A stretch of 64,000 nt of DNA, taken from the NCBI GenBank assembly GCA_965216495.1, contig OZ244163.1, positions 1,597,672 to 1,661,671 on the forward strand, in the 5' to 3' direction. The position numbers were made by a program, and so were the translations under genes. The stretch is from Acidimicrobiia bacterium. Lineage in GTDB: Bacteria > Actinomycetota > Acidimicrobiia > Spongiisociales > ZC4RG35. Every line of letters starts with the position of its first letter. Positions within the stretch are counted from its first letter, which is position 1. This document shows positions 40,562 through 50,637 of the stretch, in pieces. Under the pieces are notes generated by a model. The model did no database searches, was not told where the DNA came from, and saw nothing but the letters and a program-made list of their open reading frames with translations.

Positions 40562-41332
40562 TTACCGCTCTTCAGAGGCGATTACGAGATCGACAGCCGC
40601 CACAAGATCGTCACGCACGAAGTCGGCCTCCTCCACCCCAGCGGATTCGACGTTCGAGACACCACTCAGAACGAGAATCGACTTCCAGTCGTTTTGGTTT
40701 TCGGCGAGGGCAATGTCGGTGTCCAGGCGATCGCCAATCACCCAGGCCACACCAACGTCATGACCGCGTATGAGGTCGACCATGTTGGCACTTGGCTTCC
40801 CTGCGACCTCGGCAACTCGTTCAGTCGCCGCCTCGATCGCGGCGACAATCGCACCAGAGCCGGGGAGTAATCCGTTCTCGCTTGGATAAGTCGGGTCGCG
40901 ATTGGTTGCGATAAATCTGGCCCCGCTCGAGATCGCCACGAAGGCATCCCGCAATCTGTCGTAGTCGAAGCTCTTTGTCAGACCGACCAGAACAGCGTCG
41001 GCCGATTTGGGTCCAGAGCTGACCTGTCGCCCTGAATCGATAACTGCAGTCCGAACGCCTTCTTCACCGATAACGAGGACGGTGGACTCGGTATCGTCGA
41101 GCATGGCCACGGCGGCCATCGCCGACGTCACCACGCGCTCAGGCGCGGCCTCCACCCCTGCCACTTTCTTGAGCTTCGCCACCACAGAAGCCTGGGTCCT
41201 AGTCGAGTTGTTCGTGACGAATAGGGGCCGGATCCCGTGATCCTCTAGCCGGCGAATACTCGCGGCCGAGCCGGGAATCGCAGACGTGCCGCGATAGACG
41301 ACGCCATCGAGGTCGATAAGGGCGTGGGTCAA
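40562..41332 (-). CDS. HAD-IIA family hydrolase (NagD-like)
   Basis: DLDGVVY, VTNNS, TN.D, GKP and IGDRLDTD motifs. Confidence 0.93.
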   Translation of the reverse strand: MTHALIDLDGVVYRGTSAIPGSAASIRRLEDHGIRPLFVTNNSTRTQASVVAKLKKVAGVEAAPERVVTSAMAAVAMLDDTESTVLVIGEEGVRTAVIDSGRQVSSGPKSADAVLVGLTKSFDYDRLRDAFVAISSGARFIATNRDPTYPSENGLLPGSGAIVAAIEAATERVAEVAGKPSANMVDLIRGHDVGVAWVIGDRLDTDIALAENQNDWKSILVLSGVSNVESAGVEEADFVRDDLVAAVDLVIASEER

Positions 41333-42651
41333 GGTGCGAGGAACCGATCGAGGATCTCGGTATAGAGCGATGTCGTCCGGTGAAGTGATTCCACAGAGAC
41401 TCGTTCGTCGTGGCCGTGAAACAAGGCAAGCATCTCTGAGAAGCTCATCCGATCGTCATACAGGCCAACGCCGTACCCCACCGTCCCTTTGGCTCGCCAA
41501 AACCGGGCGTCAGTTCCGACGGTCATAATCGTTGGAAGAAGGTTGCGGTGCCCTTCTAAAGCCTCGACGCTGTCAGCGATCACTTCCCATAACTCAGTAT
41601 TTGTGTTGCTCGCTGTCGCTTCCATGTCCATGACCGGCTCCATATCGACGTGATCGCGAGCACCGCCCATAGCTTTTCGCAAGTGCGAGTCGACAAAACC
41701 ACGATCCATTCCAGGAAGAGCCCGGACATCCACACTCCCGACCGCTTTATCAGCGATAACGTTGGCCTTACTTCCGGCCTCGACGACGTTCGGCGAGATA
41801 GTCATGTGGGTCACGGCGTGGACATATTTGGCGAACAATGGATCGCTTATCGCGAGCCGGTCGATGGCGGCATCCACCCGGTCCGGATCGGTCAGGTCTG
41901 CGGCGATCTCTGGGTCGAGATCCAGCGTGGCTACCAGTTCCCGCCACTCGGTGGTGATAGCGACCGGCATCTCTTCCTCCACGATGCCGCCGATGGCCTG
42001 GATCATCTTCACAAGGGCATTGTCAGCTTGATACGGCGTCGAACCGTGGCCCGGAGTTCCTTTGGCCCGCAGAATCGTCCAGAACGTACCCTTCTCCCCG
42101 GTAGCAACAGGTATGTAGCGGTCGTTGGCATACGAAATCGGGGGGTATGCGACCTCCGTGAGCATGAAGTCAGCCCTGGCTAGATCCCATCTTTCGTTCA
42201 CGAGGGCGTGCGCCCCGAACTTCCCGCCGGCTTCTTCATCCGCCAACGCAACGAAAAGCAAGTCGCGCCGTGTTTCCTTCTCGCCGGTGACGTAAGGCCT
42301 AACGGCGTTCGCCATGGCTGACGTCACGTTGAGCATGTCGAGAGCGCCGCGTCCATAGACAAACCCATCAATGACCTCAGCGCCAAAAGGATCAACACTC
42401 CACCCGTCAGGATCCACCGGAACGACGTCCAGATGAGGTGCCAACGCGAGGCTGGCTGCCTCCGGATCTGTCCCGGGAATGCGATAGATGAGTGACTGCC
42501 TTCCAGGAGCTGGCTCGAAGATCTCACCTGGAACACCAAAGAATTCGAGAAGCGACTCTACAGAACGGTGCTCGTGGCCGCTTTCGGGGGTTCCCGTGTT
42601 TACACACTGGTTTCGGATCAGCGTCTGCAGGAGTTCGAGAACTTCACTCAT
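41329..42651 (-). CDS. M20 family metallo-hydrolase
   Basis: HLDVVP, GRGALDM, DEEAGG and HGHDER motifs. Confidence 0.92.
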   Translation of the reverse strand: MSEVLELLQTLIRNQCVNTGTPESGHEHRSVESLLEFFGVPGEIFEPAPGRQSLIYRIPGTDPEAASLALAPHLDVVPVDPDGWSVDPFGAEVIDGFVYGRGALDMLNVTSAMANAVRPYVTGEKETRRDLLFVALADEEAGGKFGAHALVNERWDLARADFMLTEVAYPPISYANDRYIPVATGEKGTFWTILRAKGTPGHGSTPYQADNALVKMIQAIGGIVEEEMPVAITTEWRELVATLDLDPEIAADLTDPDRVDAAIDRLAISDPLFAKYVHAVTHMTISPNVVEAGSKANVIADKAVGSVDVRALPGMDRGFVDSHLRKAMGGARDHVDMEPVMDMEATASNTNTELWEVIADSVEALEGHRNLLPTIMTVGTDARFWRAKGTVGYGVGLYDDRMSFSEMLALFHGHDERVSVESLHRTTSLYTEILDRFLAP

Positions 42652-43046
42652 CCCAACAGCGTATCGATCAGTGAACCCATCGTCTTTGTCAGGTCGTAGT
42701 TGGACAGGTCATCAAAAGCGATCCACCGTGCTTCGGCAGCGTCGTCACCGTGTGCGAGGGCCCCGCCGGTGACGTGACCCAGAAAGTCAATGAGCACGAT
42801 GTGGTGGTGTTCTCCTATGTCCTCCCCTACCCAAACAACCCGACCTAGGTCGATATCGAGTCCGGTTTCTTCTTTGACCTCCCTAACGGCAGCCTGTTCC
42901 AGACTCTCTCCTTTACGAACTTTGCCTCCAGGCACAGCCCACTGGCCCTTGTGAGGTTCACGGCCGCGCCTTATGAGAAGAATCCTGCTGTCATCGACGA
43001 CGGCAACGCCCACGCCAACGAGAGGACGATCATTCTCGTTCGTCAT
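42648..43046 (-). CDS. NUDIX hydrolase
   Basis: PGGKV..GESL..AA.REVKEETGL Nudix box. Start set at ATG 43046. Confidence 0.92.
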   Translation of the reverse strand: MTNENDRPLVGVGVAVVDDSRILLIRRGREPHKGQWAVPGGKVRKGESLEQAAVREVKEETGLDIDLGRVVWVGEDIGEHHHIVLIDFLGHVTGGALAHGDDAAEARWIAFDDLSNYDLTKTMGSLIDTLLG

Positions 43047-43509
43047 CGTGATGCATGATGATGGATCTTGCCGAGAACCCACCAGACTCGAAGAAGTTCT
43101 TAGCCAGTCGATGACCAGGGAGAACATGAGCGTCGAACTTGGTGATCCCGCGCTGTCGTAATACGTCGAGCACGTGGTCTCGCATGGCCTCCCCGACAGC
43201 GACTTCGCGCGCCTCCTGATCGACAAAAATCAGCCTGATCGACCCAACCTGCTCGCCGTTTGCCTGAGCCAGTAGGGGTTCGACCCTGGCGAGAAGGAAA
43301 CCGAATGGATAACCATCAATGTCCCCGATGACGAGTTCGACGTTGGGGTCTTCTATCGCAGCTTCGAAACCTTCACTCACTGGTTCGTCGAGGCCGTCGG
43401 CGATTGTCCACATCCTGTGCAGGCCAATCATCTCGGTTTCGAGCAGCCGGTAGAGATGCTCGAGGGTCGGGATGTCTGAGATGTCGGCTGGTCTCACTCC
43501 AATATTCAT
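43030..43509 (-). CDS. GNAT-family acetyltransferase-like protein
   Basis: VRPA...D, IFVD..AR..AVG and KNFFE..GF pattern. Confidence 0.75.
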   Translation of the reverse strand: MNIGVRPADISDIPTLEHLYRLLETEMIGLHRMWTIADGLDEPVSEGFEAAIEDPNVELVIGDIDGYPFGFLLARVEPLLAQANGEQVGSIRLIFVDQEAREVAVGEAMRDHVLDVLRQRGITKFDAHVLPGHRLAKNFFESGGFSARSIIMHHDDERE

Positions 43510-44237
43510 CCTCGACCTCTCCATGGGTTCAATAGCCGTTGCGCTCCCCACATCGTGACGAGCTTCATGGCCTCCAGAACTATGCCGAGCCCCATCTTCG
43601 ATGTTCCCCTAGTTCGATCACGAAATGTGATGGGCACCTCAACGATCGACAATCCCGCGCTGTGCGCTCTCCAGGCCATCTCGACTTGGAATCCGTATCC
43701 GGAAGCCTCTGCTTCTGAGAAGGGAAGCTCGCGAAGAGCTTCTGAGCGAAAGGCTCTAAAGCCTGCGGTAGCGTCTTTGACCGGGAGTCCAAGCAAAACC
43801 CCTGCGTACACATTTCCACCGCGTGAGATGAAGCGCCGGAGGAAGGGCCAGTCAGGTGTCCCACCCCCAGGCACGTACCTAGAACCGATTGCCATGTCTG
43901 CGCCGGCTCGTACCGCCTCAACGAGTTTGGGGAGGTCTCCAGGATCGTGTGAGAAGTCGGCATCCATCTCAACGATGATGTCTGCGCCCTGATCGAGGAG
44001 CTGATTGAAGGCTGCGGCGTAGGCCGGCCCAAGACCGCTCTTCGTGGTGCGATGCAACACAGAAACCCTTGGATTGGCGGCGGCGATGTCATCTGCCAGA
44101 GCTCCCGTGCCGTCTGGCGAGTTGTCATCAACCACGAGCACATCCAAACCTTGCTCCACGATCGCAGCGACGATGTCTGCGAGGTTTTCGGCTTCGTTGT
44201 AGGTAGGTAGGGCTACAACGACCTGTTCAGGCGACAC
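43506..44237 (-). CDS. Polyprenol monophosphomannose synthase (GT2)
   Basis: PTYNE..N, VDDNSPDGTG, MDADFSH, GSRYVPGG and GY.FQVE motifs. Confidence 0.93.
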   Translation of the reverse strand: MSPEQVVVALPTYNEAENLADIVAAIVEQGLDVLVVDDNSPDGTGALADDIAAANPRVSVLHRTTKSGLGPAYAAAFNQLLDQGADIIVEMDADFSHDPGDLPKLVEAVRAGADMAIGSRYVPGGGTPDWPFLRRFISRGGNVYAGVLLGLPVKDATAGFRAFRSEALRELPFSEAEASGYGFQVEMAWRAHSAGLSIVEVPITFRDRTRGTSKMGLGIVLEAMKLVTMWGAQRLLNPWRGRG

Positions 44238-44694
44238 AGTCTGAACAGATCATCTTGCGTCTGTTGGCAAGTTGGCTTGTCCTCTTGACCATGAAGCAAG
44301 ACTGGCAGACGAACTCGTCATCCTTCTGACTTTGTGCGTCGACATTCATCGTTAGCTCTTCACGGCGCATGGCACGTAGCACGGCTACCTCATCGACAAG
44401 CATCGCCTCGTTGGCCTCCTCGTCCAGAAGCTGGAGCTCCTGGCTCTCCAGCTCTTCTAGGGCCTCGACCGTCTCTTCGTCATGATCGTCGTTGTCTTCG
44501 TCGGAATCATCTGCGTCATCATCAGAGTCAAAGTCGTCCTCATCGGACTCGTCTTCGACATCATCGAGATCTAGTTCGTCGTCGTCCAGATCATCAAGGT
44601 CGTCGTCCTCGATGTCTGCCTCGTCGATATCGTCGTTGAGTTCTTCCAACTCATCGACATTCTCGGGTTCTTCGTTTGTCTTCTTGGTGGCCAT
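44227..44694 (-). CDS. DUF4193-like protein with acidic N terminus
   Basis: Long D/E tract and C-terminal EFVCQSCFMVK..SQL......CSDC. Confidence 0.8.
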   Translation of the reverse strand: MATKKTNEEPENVDELEELNDDIDEADIEDDDLDDLDDDELDLDDVEDESDEDDFDSDDDADDSDEDNDDHDEETVEALEELESQELQLLDEEANEAMLVDEVAVLRAMRREELTMNVDAQSQKDDEFVCQSCFMVKRTSQLANRRKMICSDCVA

Positions 44695-44736
44695 TTATGA
44701 AACCTTCTGCGTTGACTCGGCGGCGGGGAGTATATG

Positions 44737-45615
44737 TCAGATCTTCAGTTGTATCGCGGCGGGCACAACACGGCCGCTGACCGGCGTATTCCCGACATAG
44801 TCACCGTCGACCTCAATTGGCCATGGGACGCCTGTTTCTATCACGAAATTACCCGCAGAAAAGCGCCGGACAGCCGGGTCACGCAAGTGAGTTCCCTTAA
44901 TGATCTTCGGCACCAAAGCAGGTGCATTTCGCTTGCGTGCATTGATTATCTGCATGTCAGCCACGCCGTCGATCAACGTGGCCTTTGGAGCCACGTTCCA
45001 ACCTCCTGCGAAAAACTGGGCATTGGCGAAGATCACCGCTAGGGCCTCAGACTCGTAGACCCTCTTCTCCGTGGTCACCTTCACCGATGTGGCAGGAAAG
45101 CGTGGCAGCCTTGCACCAAAAGCGATTGGGTATCTAATGGGTCCCAACCGTCGGGGTATACGTGGTGCAGTTTCTGCAGCTGCAGCTCCTGCCCCTGTCT
45201 GGCCGACGTTGATGAAGTATCGAGTGCCCCACTCCCCTTCCAACTTCACGACATCGACGGGATAGGTGTCATCGGACAGCAAATGATCTGCGGCACCGGC
45301 GATGTCTTGAGGGATCCCAAATGTTCTGATCAAATCGCAACCGGTGCCTGAGGGAAGAACGGCGATTGTCGGACGTGGGGACTGGGGAGACGTGAGTACG
45401 GCATTTACAGCGAGATTGACAGTTCCGTCACCGCCAACGATGCAAATCCTTTCCCCACCGTCGGCAGCCACGTGTTGGATCAGGTCGAAGGCTTCCTGTG
45501 CGGTACCCGGAGCGTGGAGCCTCAACTCGAGGCCTTTGCTCTTTAGGAGGGCCCCAACAGCAGTTGGATCGATCGAGCGCCTTCCTGCCGCTCGGTTCAC
45601 CACAACGTCCCACAT
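44737..45615 (-). CDS. Diacylglycerol/lipid kinase family protein
   Basis: GGDGT, PSGTGCD, N...F.GG and VDGD motifs. Confidence 0.88.
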   Translation of the reverse strand: MWDVVVNRAAGRRSIDPTAVGALLKSKGLELRLHAPGTAQEAFDLIQHVAADGGERICIVGGDGTVNLAVNAVLTSPQSPRPTIAVLPSGTGCDLIRTFGIPQDIAGAADHLLSDDTYPVDVVKLEGEWGTRYFINVGQTGAGAAAAETAPRIPRRLGPIRYPIAFGARLPRFPATSVKVTTEKRVYESEALAVIFANAQFFAGGWNVAPKATLIDGVADMQIINARKRNAPALVPKIIKGTHLRDPAVRRFSAGNFVIETGVPWPIEVDGDYVGNTPVSGRVVPAAIQLKI

Positions 45616-45617
45616 CC

Positions 45618-48161
45618 TTACCAGCCTCCTTGAGCAGCGACCACGCCCCGATCTACCGCAGCAATCGCCTCCGCCGCAGTTGAGCGCAACTCGGAAACAC
45701 CGTCGCGAATCTGTCGCAAGATATCAACGAGCTGACGACTCACTCGCACAAAATCCCCCGGAGCGAGAGGCACGTCAGTCAGGTCCTCGAAGGCAACGCC
45801 AGCTGTCCAGGCGTACGCCACATGTCCGAATCCGGGATCGGGCTGTCGCATCGGCACCAGCCGGTGCTCGGCCTCGAGGTGGGCGATTTTGTCAGCAAGG
45901 TCCTCGACATCCGTCCATCGTTGAGAAAGCTCGTCCGAAGGCCACCGAGGAGGTGACTTCTGATCGGATCGTGGGTCGAACACGAACACAGACAGGATCG
46001 CGGCCAGCTCAGCAGGATCGAGGTCGTAGAAGATGCCTCTCTCAACGGCCTCAACCAGAATCAGATCGGACTCGTTGTACACCCGTCTCAGGCGTTCTCC
46101 CCTGGAGGTGAGGGACCATCCTTCGAGGTAGCCGAGATCAGTCAATACCGATCGAGTTGCCGCAAACTCCCCTGCAAGGCCAGGAGCCGTCCGCCGTCGA
46201 CCGGCAACCTCACGATCCAGTTGAACACGAATGCGGCGAGCCCGCCTCAATGCAGCGAGGTGCCGACTCGCGTCGGGGCACCCCGCGACCGGATGCTCAA
46301 TATGCTCATTCTCTTTTGGCTTGCTCATGCGCTTGGTGCGCGGTGGAACTCTGCGTAGTTCTCTCAAGGCTCCTTGGACGAATCTACGGTCGCGTGGGCG
46401 GAACGGCCGGGGAAGCTCCACTCTCGCTACGACACCACTGGCCTGAGGAATCTGCTTGTAGCCAAGAGTCGAAACCCGGCCCGAAGTGCCCAGGACCAGA
46501 TATCGACTGCCTCCGTTCTTCGAGGACAACCGCTTCAGAACCAAGTATCTGCCATCGCGACTTCCACCGTTGACGTCAAGCACGGCTCCAGGTCCGAGCA
46601 GCGCAGAGATGCCGTCGCGTCGATGTGAGGGGGGAGCCGCCTCAATCGTTGCCATATAATCCCCGATGTCCCCCCGCTCACACTCTGCAAGGGCCATCTG
46701 TTCACCTAGCTGCTCCTCCAAGGCATCGATCCTCATCCCCGTCTCCTGTCGGGTCTCGCTCCTCTGGAACGCGGCAAACGAGGCACGAATCAGCTTCTCT
46801 GCCTGTTCCTCCTCGTATTTGGCCACCAAGTTGGCGGTCATGTTGTAGGTGGGTCGGAAACTAGATGTCAGCTCGTGGGCACCTTGCGCGGCGATCTCGG
46901 TGGCCTGCCGCAAGCTCACAAATGGAGAGTGGAGAACCACGCCGTATCCAACTTTGTCTATTCCACGGCGGCCGGCGCGTCCGGTGAGCTGGGTGTAATC
47001 GCCAGCCTTCAACAACTCGTGGGAGTCGCCATTGAACTTGCTGAGGTTCTCGATGACCACGCTCCGTGCCGGCATGTTGATCCCTAAGGCCAGCGTCTCA
47101 GTGGCGAACACGACCTTGATCAATCCCCTCTCGAACAACGACTCAACCGTCTCTTTGAACGCCGGGACCAAACCCGCGTGGTGGGCGGCTACTCCTGACT
47201 CCAACGTCTGCAGCCACGATCCGTATCCCAGAACTGCCAGGTCCTCATCACTCAAATGTGCTGTGCCCGCTTCAGCGGTAGCTCGAATCTCCTCTCGATC
47301 CTCAGGAGAGGTGAGGCCTAGCCCTGCGCTACTCAAAGACGATGAAGCAGCATCGCACCCCGCTCTCGAGAAGATGAAGTAGATAGCGGGAAGCATCCCC
47401 TCACCGGCCAAGGTCTCCACAACGTCGAAACGCGAAGGGGTTCGATACTTGCGACGCCGACCCTTCTCGAGGCCGAGCGCGTGCTCAAGGCGGGGATTGG
47501 TGCGGCGACGGCCGTCACGCTCGACGAATGTCTCCATCAGAATGGTTCTTCGCCCACCCGACTTCTCCTTGAGCAGGTACATCGGTTCAAGCGGTACCGG
47601 CCGTTCGTCGGTGGTTATAAGGCGGGTTGGGCCGCGACGCTCCTCGATCCAATCGGTGAACTGCTCTTTGTTGGAGATTGTGGCTGAGAGACAAACAAAC
47701 TGGATGTGTTGCGGGCAGTGAATGATCACCTCCTCCCATGCGGCACCCCGGTGGCGGTCCTGGAGATAGTGCGCTTCGTCCAAGACGACCACGGCCACAT
47801 CGTCGAGATTCGCAGGATCTGCATAGATCATGTTTCTCAGGACTTCGAGCGTCGCCACGATGACAGGAGCCTCCGGATTGATCACGTTGTCCCCTGTCAG
47901 AAGTCCGACCTCACTAGCACCCAGATCTGCGGCCATGTCAGCAAACTTCTGGTTGCTCAGAGCCTTGATGGGCGTCGTGTAGAACACGCGCCTTCCTTGC
48001 CTACGTGCCAGATGGGTCGCGGCTTCGGCAATGAGAGTCTTGCCGGCTCCTGTGGGAGCTGTGACGACTACCGAATGACCGCCGGCGATCGCTTCGGCAG
48101 CCTCGAGCTGAAACCTGTCGGGCTCGAACGAATACTCGGCCCAGAACTCGGTGAGGCTCAC
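45618..48161 (-). CDS. helY: Ski2-like DEAD/DEAH helicase (HelY-like)
   Basis: APTGAGKT, PIKALSNQK, DEAH, SAT, ATETLALGINMPA and GRAGRRG. The GTG start overlaps the tatC stop. Confidence 0.92.
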   Translation of the reverse strand: MSLTEFWAEYSFEPDRFQLEAAEAIAGGHSVVVTAPTGAGKTLIAEAATHLARRQGRRVFYTTPIKALSNQKFADMAADLGASEVGLLTGDNVINPEAPVIVATLEVLRNMIYADPANLDDVAVVVLDEAHYLQDRHRGAAWEEVIIHCPQHIQFVCLSATISNKEQFTDWIEERRGPTRLITTDERPVPLEPMYLLKEKSGGRRTILMETFVERDGRRRTNPRLEHALGLEKGRRRKYRTPSRFDVVETLAGEGMLPAIYFIFSRAGCDAASSSLSSAGLGLTSPEDREEIRATAEAGTAHLSDEDLAVLGYGSWLQTLESGVAAHHAGLVPAFKETVESLFERGLIKVVFATETLALGINMPARSVVIENLSKFNGDSHELLKAGDYTQLTGRAGRRGIDKVGYGVVLHSPFVSLRQATEIAAQGAHELTSSFRPTYNMTANLVAKYEEEQAEKLIRASFAAFQRSETRQETGMRIDALEEQLGEQMALAECERGDIGDYMATIEAAPPSHRRDGISALLGPGAVLDVNGGSRDGRYLVLKRLSSKNGGSRYLVLGTSGRVSTLGYKQIPQASGVVARVELPRPFRPRDRRFVQGALRELRRVPPRTKRMSKPKENEHIEHPVAGCPDASRHLAALRRARRIRVQLDREVAGRRRTAPGLAGEFAATRSVLTDLGYLEGWSLTSRGERLRRVYNESDLILVEAVERGIFYDLDPAELAAILSVFVFDPRSDQKSPPRWPSDELSQRWTDVEDLADKIAHLEAEHRLVPMRQPDPGFGHVAYAWTAGVAFEDLTDVPLAPGDFVRVSRQLVDILRQIRDGVSELRSTAAEAIAAVDRGVVAAQGGW

Positions 48162-48868
48162 TTTCGTAAGACCAGCCTGACCAACCAATAGGTGATCTCG
48201 TACATCAGATAAAGGGGAATCGACAGCACAGCCAGCGTGAGAATGTCCCCGGTCGGGGTGATTGCAGCTGATCCGACCACGACGAGCAGCACCGCCCACC
48301 GTCGCCCACTGGCCAGTTGGCGAGAACTCACCAGGCCGGCAGCGGCGGCCGCAAACAGGAACACCGGATAGAGGAAGGCGACGCCGAAAGCGAGAAGAAA
48401 CCTCAGTACAAAGGAGTAGTACTCACCAATCAGGAGGTCGTTGTCGACGTTCTCGAAGATGTTGAGAAGAAACTCGAGCCCCCTTGGTAGGACGCTGTAT
48501 CCGAAGAAGACACCGCCGACGAACAAAACCACCAGAGCCGACACGATCGGAATTGCCCAGCGCCGCTCGCGTCCCGTGAGGGCCGGGTTGACGAAGGCCC
48601 AAACCTGATAGAGGACCACGGGGCTAGCGATAACAACTCCGCCAAATAGAGCAATACGCATCAGAACGCTCCATTCCTCACCCACCTTGAGCGCCTGGAA
48701 CTGCCGATCCGGAACCGCTGCATAGAAAGGCGATTCGAGGATGTCCCTCAGGGCTTCTGCGAAAAGGAACGCCACGATCGAACCGGCCAAAACCGCCAGT
48801 CCGGATTTGAGCAGACGCCAGCGCAGTTCATCGAGATGATCAAGAATGGATTGCGGCGAGTCACTCAT
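48158..48868 (-). CDS. tatC: Twin-arginine translocase subunit TatC
   Basis: HLDELR.RL, YQVWAFVNPAL...ERR, AAITPTGD and LYLMYE. Confidence 0.95.
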   Translation of the reverse strand: MSDSPQSILDHLDELRWRLLKSGLAVLAGSIVAFLFAEALRDILESPFYAAVPDRQFQALKVGEEWSVLMRIALFGGVVIASPVVLYQVWAFVNPALTGRERRWAIPIVSALVVLFVGGVFFGYSVLPRGLEFLLNIFENVDNDLLIGEYYSFVLRFLLAFGVAFLYPVFLFAAAAAGLVSSRQLASGRRWAVLLVVVGSAAITPTGDILTLAVLSIPLYLMYEITYWLVRLVLRK

Positions 48869-49217
48869 CCTCGGGACTCTCCATGGCCTCGTTGATTTCA
48901 TCGAGGTCTCTCATAGCGTCCTCAGGGGTAGGGCCTGAGAGGGGTTTTGGGCCTGTCCAGGCGCGACCTGCCTGGTCCAACTCCTCAGTCACCTCGCCTA
49001 GAGGTTTCTTGATCTCGTCTAGGGGAGCCCTGATATCGCGCCCCACCTCGCGGAGGTCCTTGACCTCGGCCTCGAGACCTTGAGTTATTTCTCGAGCAGC
49101 GGCACGCAACTCGCTCACCCAACCTCCGACCTTGCGGGCCATCTCGGGCAAGCGCTGCGGACCCAGGACGACAAGGGCCAGCAGGAGGATTATGAGCATC
49201 TCGCCGCTCTGGATCAT
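48861..49217 (-). CDS. tatB: Twin-arginine translocase TatB-like subunit
   Basis: EMLII...ALVVLGPQRLP..AR followed by an amphipathic helix. Confidence 0.8.
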   Translation of the reverse strand: MIQSGEMLIILLLALVVLGPQRLPEMARKVGGWVSELRAAAREITQGLEAEVKDLREVGRDIRAPLDEIKKPLGEVTEELDQAGRAWTGPKPLSGPTPEDAMRDLDEINEAMESPEDE

Positions 49218-49324
49218 GGCGGCGATGGTAGAGGCTCGGCGATACAGAAACTGTGAAGGTGGCGACCGCCCGATCGCCACCTTCTAGCGGAGCACTGTCC
49301 CCTTGTGCTCGACCTTGCTTTCTG

Positions 49325-49615
49325 TCAGCGGGCCAGGAGACGAAGCGGATCCGGCTCGGTCTCTAGGGCGATGATGAAAGCTTCGATTTCCAGCTCGGTG
49401 ATTGGATTCGGATTGATGACCTCGAATTGGACACCCGTTGCGAGCAGCACACTGACGACTCTTGGGTTCGCCGGGCGGCGCTGTTGCGACGTGCAACTCG
49501 GGCAGGTGAAGCAGTAGTCACCCTCGCGTCCACCGGGACGCAGCTCCAAAGCTACATCGCCTGGGGTGAGATGGATGTCTCCGCAACCTGAGCAAGTTGT
49601 CTTGATGGTGGTCAT
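49325..49615 (-). CDS. Hypothetical zinc-ribbon protein
   Basis: CSGCG...FTCPSC Cys pairs and an RBS-like GGAGA upstream. Confidence 0.75.
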   Translation of the reverse strand: MTTIKTTCSGCGDIHLTPGDVALELRPGGREGDYCFTCPSCTSQQRRPANPRVVSVLLATGVQFEVINPNPITELEIEAFIIALETEPDPLRLLAR

Positions 49616-49655
49616 TTCTAGGTCTCCGCTCTCCACTCTCCGTGTGTGTACGAAC

Positions 49656-49682
49656 AGATCGGCAGGCCGCCCATCAAACTGA
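49656..49682 (-). promoter_or_regulatory. Sigma-28-like promoter
   Basis: Minus strand TCAG-N15-GCCGATCT upstream of the zinc-ribbon gene. Confidence 0.45.
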
Positions 49683-49707
49683 AGCGAGACCTCTAGGTCG
49701 GGAGGCC

Positions 49708-50637
49708 CTATCGATAGAGATCGCGGATGGACTCGCCCATTTCTAGGCGGCGCTGAGCCACCTCGGGGCCCTCAACGAGGGTCGCCTCCTCGCCCAGCCG
49801 GAGCAAGAGAGCAGCAGCAATGGACGCGTCGGGAGAGTGGAACTTGACCCGGATCTTGCGACTCGATTCCGACACAACGTCGACTGGGTAGTACTCGAGA
49901 ACCCATCGAGCCGACGGGCGCAGGTCGATGACACACTTCACGTCCTCGGGGCGCGGTGCATAGCCCACAGCCACTTCCGGCACTTCGGCCGGTGGTTCGA
50001 AGCTTTCACCAGTAGCTGAGGCTGCCCTTATACGGTCCACCCGAAAGGTTCGCTGCTCACTCGAGAGCCGATCGTGCCCAGTCACATACCACCGGCCCAA
50101 GGTTGTGAAGATGCTCCAAGGCTCGATCTCCCTAGTGGTTACCTCGTCGCGTCCCACAGACCAGTACTCGATTTCGACCACCCGTGCGCGGCGAGCTGCT
50201 TCCTCCAACTTGGGGAGGACCGGGGACGGTGGTCCCACCTCGATATCGACAGTTCGGTCCACCTCGGGCATCAAGTGCGCGCTCAGCTTCTGGACGGCGG
50301 TCTCCAGGTCTGGACTGTCGACTCCCATGGCCAGAGCTGTCATCCCTGACGCCAGAAGGGTCAGACCTTCAGCTGCAGTGAGGCGCGGCGGTCTCGCAAA
50401 GAAGTCGGCCGCATCAATCACAACATCCTGGTCGTCGATGTATGCCTCCATGAGGTCCCCGGGGCCATAGCCCGGCAAGCCACACACGAAAATGGTGTTT
50501 ATGTCCCGAGCTAGCTGCGCCTCGGTGTATCCGAAGCGAGACATGATCTCGTCACGGTCTACCGAGCCGCTCTCGAGAACGAAAGGAATGAGAGCAAGGA
50601 TCCTCGAGATGCGGTCGACTGTGCGCGCACTGGTCAT
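49708..50637 (-). CDS. pafC: WYL-domain regulator PafC
   Basis: RILALIPF, CGLPGYGPGDL, WYV and FRVDRI, located after pafB. Confidence 0.9.
   Translation of the reverse strand: MTSARTVDRISRILALIPFVLESGSVDRDEIMSRFGYTEAQLARDINTIFVCGLPGYGPGDLMEAYIDDQDVVIDAADFFARPPRLTAAEGLTLLASGMTALAMGVDSPDLETAVQKLSAHLMPEVDRTVDIEVGPPSPVLPKLEEAARRARVVEIEYWSVGRDEVTTREIEPWSIFTTLGRWYVTGHDRLSSEQRTFRVDRIRAASATGESFEPPAEVPEVAVGYAPRPEDVKCVIDLRPSARWVLEYYPVDVVSESSRKIRVKFHSPDASIAAALLLRLGEEATLVEGPEVAQRRLEMGESIRDLYR

Noticed and set aside
44460-44660. Low-complexity TCG/TCA-rich tract
   Set aside because: It encodes the Asp/Glu-rich region of the DUF4193-like protein
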